A stretch of 24,490 nt of DNA from Octopus sinensis (GCF_006345805.1 NW_021836414.1:1-24490), one strand, 5' to 3'; positions 1-8,625 are shown, numbered from the stretch's first letter. Notes: generated by a model from the sequence alone, not told the origin. Translations and numbers: made by a program.

Positions 1-124
1 GCAGCAATAAGGTAAATTAAATATTAAATATAGGTAAATAATTAAAAGAAGCTTAAAATTATAAGAAAAAGAGACGCATTAAGATATAAAAGTAATAAGA
101 AAATCAAAATTTTAAAGTATAATA

Positions 125-527
125 GGCGCAGGAGTGGCTGTGTGGTAAGTAGCTTGCTAACCAACCACATGGTTCCGGGTTCAGTCCCACTGCGTGGCGT
201 CTTGGGCAAGTGTCGTCTGCTATAGCCCCGGGCCGACCAATGCCTTGTGAGTGGGTTTGGTAGACGGAAACTGAAAGAAGCCTGTCGTATATATGTATAT
301 ATATATATGTATGTATGTGTGTGTTGTGGTGTGTCTGTGTTGTCCCCCTAGCATTGCTTGACAACCGATGCTGATGTGTTTACGTCCCCTCACTTAGCGG
401 TTCGTAAAAAGAGACCGATAGAATAAGTACTGGGCTTACAAAGAATACGTCCCGGGGTCGATTTGCTCGACTAAAGGCGGTGCTCCAGCATGGCCGCAGT
501 CAAATGCCTGAAACAAGTAAAAGAGTA
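125..527 (+). mobile_element. tRNA-derived SINE, group A, full length
   Basis: Pol III A-box-like TGGCTGTGTGG (135-145) and B-box-like GGTTCAGTCCC (178-188). These are followed by CORE-like CTTGGGCAAGTG, an internal TA/TG microsatellite and a GAAACAAGTAAAAGAGTA tail. Near-identical copies at 2154-2556, 7843-8390 and 14198-14662. Confidence 0.9.
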
Positions 528-577
528 TATAAATAATATTAGGATGAAAATGAAAATATATAATGTGAGGTATATTT

Positions 578-680
578 GCCATCTCAATATGGCTAACCAC
601 TAAGGGTGGATGTTACTGTAGCTTGTAGCCCCAGGAGAAAATCTCCTCCAGCTGGCTGTATACCTCGTTCAGAGATTTAT
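578..680 (-). mobile_element. Internal fragment related to the Helitron at 14898-15292
   Basis: GCCATCTCAATATGGCTAACCAC...TGTTACTGTAGCTT...CGTTCAGAGATTTA aligns with 14977-15042 (GCCATCTCGATATGGCTAATCAC...TGTTACTGTAGCTT...CGTTCTGAGATTTA), with about 40 extra bases here. No termini recognised. Confidence 0.6.
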
Positions 681-1029
681 TATTGAAAATATATAATATT
701 TATAAAATAGATACCAATAAACTAAAAGTAAAATGTTTTTTTTTACATACGCATCCATTAAGGGAGAGTGGCGATGAGACATAAAATATTACGCATCAAA
801 TATAAGGTGTGTGTATATATATCTATATGTATATATATATATATATATATGTATGTATATCAGACTCGTCAACAACACCCCGGTCTCACGCCATTTCCGC
901 TCTACCAGTCATTTTTACAACACGTATCTGCATTCAGATTGTCCTTGCACAGGGGCCATCCGCACTCCCGTCTTCGCCGGGAACATTGATTAATCTTCTC
1001 TCTTTGCTCCTTTGTGCCATATGGGCTCA

Positions 1030-1560
1030 GCTCTCCTCCTTCTTCATCTAACCCTCCTCCTCTCTCCTCTCTTGCTCTGACACCTACTTCCTCTCTTCAT
1101 TCCTACCCACGTTCTCCATTCCACCTTCTCCCTTCATCGTCACCCTACTTCGCTAGTCCACCCTACACATTCCAACCCCACCATCCCTATACATTCCACC
1201 CCACCCCACCCCATCCCTTATATACCACTCCCACATACTCATTCCCAACCCCTACCGCCATCCTCACCCGAAACCACACCCCACTCTTGCTTGCCCCACT
1301 CTCGCCTCCCACACATCCCAACACCACCACACCACATCTTGCTACACCACAGCACACACCACCATACAACACCACACAACATCACACCACCCTGCACACA
1401 TTTGCACTGACCACCTCCCAGCACCCAGCCCATCATCCACACACCAACAAATGCACACATGCACACGTCAAGGTCACCAGCACCCATCCACACGCACATA
1501 CACGCTCTCACATACATACGCATGCGCACCTTCGTTTTACGATCACCACTACTTTATTAT
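1030..1560. repeat. Strand-biased C/A/T-rich low-complexity tract (degenerate CT, CCA, CA repeats)
   Basis: G is strongly depleted on the + strand; runs of CCCCA, CACCA and CACA. Confidence 0.8.
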
Positions 1561-1628
1561 CTCTCCGTCTTCCTAGCACTCCTGTGTGACCCCTCTGTCC
1601 GGCATTCACCATGATAGCTTGCTTGGCA

Positions 1629-1902
1629 GGCGGAAACTGAAAGAAGTCCGTCGTATATATGTATATGTTATATATATGGTGTGGTTGTGTGTCTCTGTTT
1701 GTCCCCCCCTCACTAACATCGCTTGACAGCCGATGCTGGTGTGTTTGCGTGCCCGTAACTTAGCGGTTCGGCAAAAGAGACCGATAGAAGAAGTATTAGG
1801 CTTACAAAGTATAAGACCTGGGGTCGATTTGCTCGACTAAAAGGTGGTGCTACAGCATGGCCGCAGTAAAATGACTGAAACAAGTAAAAGAGTAAAAGAG
1901 TA
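1629..1902 (+). mobile_element. Group A SINE, 5'-truncated
   Basis: Begins at CGGAAACTGAAAGAAG; has the internal microsatellite, the body and a (GTAAAAGA)n tail matching the copy at 125-527. Confidence 0.88.
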
Positions 1903-2102
1903 TACACAACAGCCCCAGCTGCTAAGCGTAAACAAGGAAACAACTTTTTCAGCTTCCCGCTCTTCAATATGGAAAAGAATCTATTTAATTCTAGATCAAG
2001 AAGCGCTTATTGATCATGGATATAGTTTTTATACCTTCCACGGACTGCTTGAACCTTTCTAATTTACTAACTCTCTACACCTTGATCCGTCAATCTTAAC
2101 TT

Positions 2103-2105
<3 letters not shown>

Positions 2106-2152
<47 letters not shown>
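2106..2152. repeat. (TA)n microsatellite
   Basis: Pure alternating TA run. Confidence 0.95.
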
Positions 2153-2153
<1 letters not shown>

Positions 2154-2155
<2 letters not shown>

Positions 2156-2359
2156 CTCTTTTTTTTTACCTTTTACTTGTTTCAGGCATTTGACTGTGCC
2201 ATGCTCGAGCACCGCCTTTAGTCGAGCAACTTGACCCCGGGACTTATTCTTTGTAAGCCCAGTACTTATTCTATCGGTCACTTTTGCCGAACCGCTAAGT
2301 TACGGGGACGTAAACACACCAGCATCGGTTGTCAAGCAATGCTAGGGGGACAAACACAG

Positions 2360-2390
<31 letters not shown>

Positions 2391-2556
2391 CATATATACG
2401 ACGGGCTTCTTTCAGTTTCCGTCTACCAAATCCACTCACAAGGCATTGGTCGGCCCGGGGCTATAGCAGAAAACACTTGCCCAAGATGCCACACAGTGGG
2501 ACTGAACCCGGAACCTTGTGGCTGGTAAGCAAGCTACTTACCACACAGCCACTCCT
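2154..2556 (-). mobile_element. Group A SINE, full length
   Basis: Reverse complement of the 125-527 element; head CCACACAGCCACTCCT ends at 2556, tail CTTTTACTTGTTTCAG near 2170. Confidence 0.9.
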
Positions 2557-2575
2557 TACCACAATATATATATTG

Positions 2576-2839
2576 TTGTATTTCGGAATGGTCATTTTGC
2601 CAGTTTAGCCAATAAAAACACGCGCACTATATATTTGGTGTTACTTTGCTTCAGTGTTATTTATTTTTTACATTAATCTTAATCTTATTTCGGCCAGAGT
2701 TCTTTCGTCACACTCCTGTGACCGCATCAGTGGTCCTTTGTTTTCTTCTTTCTTATTTGTGTCTCTTATTACTAACCGTCAGCAATTTTGTATTTCTATT
2801 TATTGGCTAAAGTGGCAAAATGACCATTCCGAAATACAA
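2576..2839. mobile_element. 264-bp non-autonomous element with 41-bp terminal inverted repeats (MITE-like or Penelope-derived)
   Basis: 2576-2616 TTGTATTTCGGAATGGTCATTTTGCCAGTTTAGCCAATAAA is the reverse complement of 2799-2839 with one mismatch. No clear target-site duplication. Confidence 0.75.
2692..2736 (-). ncRNA. Candidate minimal type I hammerhead-ribozyme-like motif (variant core)
   Basis: Minus strand reads GGACCA-CUGAUG-CG-GUCACA(GGAG)UGUGAC-GAA-AG(AA)CU-C-UGGCC. Stems I, II and III and a CUC triplet are in hammerhead order, but CG replaces the canonical A9. Confidence 0.45.
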
Positions 2840-2901
2840 TAATGTCTGTTTCAACACACGACTTCACATAAAAAAAAAATCTTGCACAACAAAATATAAC
2901 G

Positions 2902-2918
2902 TATATATATATATATAG

Positions 2919-2974
<56 letters not shown>
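2902..2974. repeat. (TA)n microsatellite
   Basis: Interrupted TA run. Confidence 0.95.
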
Positions 2975-2980
<6 letters not shown>

Positions 2981-3253
2981 AAATCTTAGGGTAGCAAAAA
3001 AAAAATATATAGAAAAATTCTTTGCTACCAGTGGTCTAACGAGAAGAAAAATTAGTCAATAGACTATATATTATTCATAGAAAAATATATTAGTGGTTTG
3101 GAGTTTAACTGCTCTTTCTAGTGAGTCAGATGTCCTATTATGGTCATCTCTTATGTGTTTAAATGCACACTATATTTTTTCTATGAATTATATATATATA
3201 TATATTATATTCCGAATTTATGTAGACGCGTATAGAATAATGTATCAGTTGAT

Positions 3254-3415
3254 ATGGTATGGTTTTCATGTTTTTTATTATTATTGTATTTAACATTTTT
3301 TCCGTGTTGAAGTGGGTTAAACATTACTAAATACATATTTTTTTAATGCTTAACATAACTCAACATTGTAAAAAAATTTTAAATACAATAATAAAAAACG
3401 TGGAAACCAAACCAT
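3254..3415. repeat. Long imperfect inverted repeat (decayed fold-back or MITE-like)
   Basis: 3254-3326 pairs with 3344-3415 (ATGGTATGGTTTTCATGTTTTTTATTATT... versus ...AATAATAAAAAACGTGGAAACCAAACCAT), 17-bp spacer. Confidence 0.7.
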
Positions 3416-3446
3416 GTAATTTAATTCAATTGATATTTATATACTT

Positions 3447-3553
3447 ATATATATATATATATATATATATACAGATATATACACATATGTATACACACAC
3501 ACACACATACATACATACATACATACATACATACATACATACATACATAATAC

Positions 3554-3599
<46 letters not shown>

Positions 3600-3600
3600 C
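3447..3600. repeat. Compound (TA)n/(CA)n/(TACA)n microsatellite
   Basis: Direct reading of the sequence. Confidence 0.95.
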
Positions 3601-3754
3601 GTATATCCTTTTGTATATATGAGAGAGAAAAACTTAAAATCTATAGATTCGTAAACCGCTTCCCCACAGACTCCCTTCGTTCCCAGCGCCCATATATAGC
3701 CACTCACAGGGAGCGTTACTAGTCAGTTTGAGAAGCTTTGTCCTAACTGTATCG

Positions 3755-3791
3755 AGAGAGAGAGAGAGAGAGAGAGCGAGGAGAGAGAGAG
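3755..3791. repeat. (GA)n microsatellite
   Basis: Direct reading of the sequence. Confidence 0.9.
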
Positions 3792-3851
3792 AATAATTAT
3801 TGACCAATTTGAAAAGATTCTTTGTAAAGCGTTTCTCTTATATATACATAT

Positions 3852-4153
3852 CGTAGAGACGGACGAAATGCTGCTAAAAATTTGCTCGGCGTGCTAGTGG
3901 TTTTACCAGCTAACCACTCGTCATCTAGTACCTAGTTTATCGATCCCGAAGATATGAAAGGCTAAGTCAACGTCAGTGACATTTGAACTCATAACGTAGT
4001 GATGGACGAAATGCTGCTAAGTACTTTACCTGGCGTACTAACGATTCTCATTTCTTTATTGCCCACAAGGGCCTAAACACATAGAGGGAAAACAAGGACA
4101 CACGAAGGGATTAAGTCGATTACATCGATCCCAGTGCGTAACTGGTACTTATT
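3852..4153 (-). mobile_element. Cluster of three abutting group B SINE fragments
   Basis: Head fragment ~3852-3914, body plus head ~3926-4048 and tail ~4050-4153. All align to the B copies at 4319-4507, 4601-4726 and 24304-24490. Confidence 0.75.
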
Positions 4154-4318
4154 AGGGACTCCTTCATAGAATAACTTCTGCCTTTGTTGAGTATTTAAAC
4201 AGTTTATAGAGGAGTTAAAAATTTTCGGTATGGAAATTAGGGATTCCTTCGTAGAATAACTGCTGCATTTGTTGAGTGTATATACTTATTTACTTACTTA
4301 CCTACCTGTCTACCGACA

Positions 4319-4726
4319 TTTCTTCTATAGACACACGGCCTGAAATTTGGTGGGAGGAGGCCAGTCGAATTGATCGACCCCAGTACGCAACTGGGGCTTA
4401 ATTTATTGACCCCGAAAGGATGAAAGTCAAAGTCGACCTCTGCGGAATTTGAACTCAGAACGTAAGGACGGGCGACACACAGCTAAGCACTTCGTCCAGC
4501 GTGCGTAAATGGTATTCATTTCATCAACACCGAAAGGATTGAAAGGCAAAGTCAACCTCGGCGGAATTTGAACTTAGAACGTAGCTACGGGCGAAATACC
4601 TATTTCTTTACTACCCACAAGGAGCTAAACATAGAGTGGATAAATAAGAACAGTCAAAGGGATTAAGTCGATTACATCGATCCCAGTGCGTAACTGGTAC
4701 TTATTTAATCGACCCCGAAAGGATGA
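4319..4726 (-). mobile_element. Cluster of three abutting group B tRNA-derived SINE copies
   Basis: Repeated CCCCGAAAGGATGAAAG-CAAAGTC-ACCTC-GCGGAATTTGAACT; the minus strand gives B-box-like GAGTTCAAATTC (4445-4456). Pieces at ~4319-4507, ~4512-4600 and ~4601-4726. Confidence 0.85.
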
Positions 4727-4960
4727 AGGAAGGATGGAAGGAAGGAAGTAAGCAAGCAAGCAAGCAAGCAAGCAGGAGGCAGGCAGGCAGGTAGGTAGGT
4801 AGGTAATACGTACGTATGTACGTACGTATGTAGGTTGGTAGGTAGATTGGTAGGTTTATGTATGTAGGTATGTACGTAGGTACGTGCGTAGGTTGGTAGG
4901 TAGGTAAGTAGGTAGGTAGGTAGGTAGGTAGGTATGTAGGTAGGTAGGTAGGTATACATG
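4727..4960. repeat. Compound tetranucleotide microsatellite (GGAA, GCAA, GCAG, GTAG, GTAC/GTAT)
   Basis: Direct reading; starts inside the GAAAGGATGAAGG motif of the last B SINE. Confidence 0.9.
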
Positions 4961-6869
4961 TATGTGTACACTTGTGCCATTTTATGTTACGGCTCTGCGA
5001 CTTTTAAAATGGCTTACAAATTCTGGCAACATTTCTGCATGAAATTTTGCATTGAGCTTGTCAAATATGCTACCGAATATCGAATCAACCGGGTGGCTAT
5101 TCTCAACATCATTGAGTGTTTTATTTCCTTCTTCCTATATCGAGGACAACGAATTCCTGTCTGACCATGTGGCTGGCTACGAGTACACATTATTGAAAAC
5201 CCCCCAGAAAAGCAAAATACATTCTGGCGCTCTCATTCGCCGCTGGGACAAAAATTCTCGTTTCTCTTTCGCTGATATTTATTGTTTTTAACGCAGCGAA
5301 TTTATGAGATGTTATATCAGAATAATTACTGCAGTAACTGGCCTATAGACAGTGTATGTACATTAAGAATGATACGTAGATGGCTATTTCAATTAAATAC
5401 TACATCAGTAGCGTATACCAGATATATATATTTTTGTGTGTGTGAGTGAGTGTGTGTGGAGCGTATTTGTGCCTGCATGTGTGTATGTGTGTGCGTATGT
5501 ATGTATTATATATGTATGTATGTATGTATAAATGTATGTATGTGTACATGGTGGTATTGTGTTTCTATGTCATAAATACGGGTATTTTTTTCTTTATGCA
5601 CAAAACTCCAGCCATTTTAATATTATGTTTTTATTCTGATGGAAACAGATACGAAATATTTTATTGATTTTGTTTTCATCTTTTTTCTGTCTCCGTTCTG
5701 TTTTATAACAATATACAATCAACAAGATAAGTTATTACATCAAATATTACAGATGGCTGCAACGTATTTCGAGTGGATGACGAGATGACTAATGACTATT
5801 AAGTTAGACATAGCCCGAGATATGTCTAACTTAATACCATCTCGCTTTTATGAAAAATTGTATTTATGAAAGAACTGTCTGTCACTCATCAACTCCAATG
5901 GATAATAAATAAATGGGGAAAATGTAACGTGCCTCTACTCACAAGCGATGGCGGCATCCTAGTATGTTGCTTTCACAGATTCGTTCGTCTAGGTTCCTCA
6001 TCGGAAAATGAGTACTAGCCGAGTGTTGATGGTTGATGCGCCCCTCTCGACCTTTCAACATTACAGTAATAGAATATCCAGGATGCGGCAGTAGCCCAAG
6101 AAAAGGAGAGAGAGAGAGAGAGAGAGGAGAGAGAGGGGGGGGGGGCATCAACACTCGGTGGTAACTTCATCAGCGAGAAATGAAGTGTAATGTTCAAGTC
6201 GGAATCGAAATTTTGGCCTTATGACAATGAGCCCCACAACACTTTTAAACTCTTGGTTCCTCACTGTAACTATTCAATCATACCACTTTTTATTTTGATT
6301 AGATCATCTTTTATTCAGAGTTACTGTATCTAGAGTCATATCATCTCAATTTTTTTAATCTTTTCAAATATATATTTATAAGAGACCAAAGTGTGCGTAC
6401 GCCACTATATGTATATGTAAATGAATACAAAAAATGTCGTCCTTAGTCGAAAGACACCTGTTGTTATGTCCTGTTATTTGTATTTGTGAAACATTTCTCC
6501 GTTTTTTTCCCGTCCTTGCTTTCGTAAACATTCGCTGCTTTCTTCAAAGGAATCTAATGCTCTTAGATTAGTTTTTCCTTGGGATCGGCCAGATTGGAGC
6601 AATCTCGAATATAACCAGCCGAAATTGCAAAGATAATCTGGAACTCGACTGAGGAAAGAAAACTTCGAATGACCCGTCCATGCTTTTTCTTCTCCCTTTT
6701 TTGTATCATCTGTCTGGATGATTTATGTTCTTGTCCCATCTTTTGTATTCCTTTTCACACACACACACACACACACATACATAATAATATATATATATGC
6801 GGCGGCTCCAGCATGGCCGCATTCAAATGTCTGAAATAAATAAACGAATAAAAGGATTTTAAAAATACA

Positions 6870-7003
6870 GACGCAGAAAACACTGTATGGTTAAGAGACT
6901 TGCTTCGCATCCATGTCGTCTCAGGTTCAAACTCACTTTACGCTACCTCGGGCAAGTGTTTTTTACGCCGACCAATGCGTTGCGAGTAAATTTGATAGAA
7001 ATG
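6870..7003 (+). mobile_element. Old, diverged 5' half of a group A-like SINE
   Basis: GGTTCAAACTC B-box-like motif, CCTCGGGCAAGTG, and GCCGACCAATGCGTTGCGAGT-AATTTGATAGA resembling the A body. A separate A tail fragment lies just upstream at ~6800-6853. Confidence 0.6.
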
Positions 7004-7026
7004 GTTTGAAGTGTGCTATATATATA

Positions 7027-7073
<47 letters not shown>

Positions 7074-7109
7074 TATATAGATAACAAAAAAAAAATTTAG
7101 AAAAATTCT

Positions 7110-7428
7110 CCGGGCCGACCAATGCCTTGTGAGTGGATTTGGTAGACGGAAACTGAAAGAAGCCTGTCGTATATATGTGTATATATATGTGTGTTTTGTG
7201 TATGTGTTGTGTGTCTGTGTTTGTCCCCCTAGCATTGTTTGACAACCGATGCTGGTGTGTTTACGCCCCGTCACTTAGCGGTTCGACAAAAGAGACCATA
7301 GAATAAGTACTGGACTTAAAAAGAATAAGTCCCGGGGTCGATTTGCTCGACTAAAGGCGGTGCTCCACCATGGCCGCAGTCAAATGACTGAAACAAATAA
7401 AAGAGTAAAAGAGTAAAGAGTAAAAGAG
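7110..7428 (+). mobile_element. Group A SINE, 5'-truncated
   Basis: Runs from CCGGGCCGACCAATGCCTTGTGAG to a (GTAAAAGA)n tail. Confidence 0.9.
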
Positions 7429-7842
7429 AATATATTTTTATTTATTTATTTTTCAATATATTACTTTTAAAAACCGACGTATAATCGAGAACGACTTAAG
7501 TGAAAACGAGGTATGCCTGTCGTGTCTTTTAGTAGTGATGTCTTGAGTGCTAACAGATTTATTTAAGACTGTTTAACGAGATAAGCTCAAACAGCGGAGA
7601 TACTTTTCATGACAGGGAGAGGGATATTAAAAGGATAGCTAAGTATTGCTGGCATCGTGTGTGTGCGAGCGTGTGTATGTATGTGTGTGTGTGTGTGTTG
7701 CAGATGCTGATGAAGGGCGTGGATTCAGCTGAGCAGGGGATTTATTTTTTGTCTATTACATGTCACTATCAAGTATATATAATCAGTACTGATTGTGGTG
7801 TGTATGGCTGAGGTGATTATACATCAAAAGCATTTTTAAAAA

Positions 7843-8006
7843 AGCGTACGAGTGACTGTGTGGTAAGTAGTTTGCTTACCAACCACATGGTTCCGGGTTC
7901 AGTTCCACTGCGTGGCACCTTGGGCAAGTGTCTTCTACTATAGCTTCGGGCCGCCCAAAGCCTTGTGAGTGGATTTGGTAGACGAAAACTGAAAGACGCC
8001 CGTCGT

Positions 8007-8039
<33 letters not shown>

Positions 8040-8077
8040 CGACGGGCTTCTTTATATATAATAATATATAATAAATA

Positions 8078-8169
<92 letters not shown>

Positions 8170-8390
8170 GTGTGTGTATATGTTTGTGTGTCTGTGTTTG
8201 TCCCCCAACATCGCTTGACAACCGATGCTGGTGTGTTTACGTCCCCGTAACTTAGCGGTTCGGCAGAAGAAACCGATAGAATAAGTACTAGGCTGACAAA
8301 GAATAAGTCCTGGGGTTGATTTGCTCGACTAACGGCGGTACTCTATCATGGCCACAGTCAAATAACTGAAACAAGTAAAAGAGTAAAAGA
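7843..8390 (+). mobile_element. Group A SINE, full length, with expanded TA tract and internal fold-back
   Basis: Head GAGTGACTGTGTGGTAAG, B-box GGTTCAGTTCC, body and tail all as in 125-527. Confidence 0.9.
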
Positions 8391-8625
8391 GATAGTATCG
8401 TATTGTTGTTGTGGTCGTTTTCGTTATTGCTGCTGTTATTATTGTTGCTGATAGTGTTGCTTAGGATAATACCCATCGGGTAAACCTTAAATTAAGAGCA
8501 ATCCGGCCGCGACTGTCCCACCCGCCTTGGGTCTATCTACGACTGTATTATCGAATGCGGGAAGAAATATCAAACATACCATGGTACTGCATAGAGACAC
8601 CTTGGTTGACTCGATTTGTGTATTC

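Noticed and set aside
1014-1589. 191-aa P/H/T-rich ORF
   Set aside because: Product of a G-depleted low-complexity tract in which stop codons are scarce; no recognisable motif.
3852-4726. CRISPR-like recurring motifs
   Set aside because: The recurring blocks are SINE fragments of irregular length and spacing in eukaryotic DNA, with no repeat-spacer periodicity and no cas genes.
5052-5291. 79-aa ORF in non-repetitive sequence
   Set aside because: No recognisable domain and no convincing splice-site pair; cannot be supported without homology or RNA data.
6167-6173. CTGATGA hammerhead core on the minus strand (also + strand CTGATGA near 7707 and 17785, CTGAAGA near 20060)
   Set aside because: No stem II closed by GAAA at a suitable distance and no matching stems I and III.
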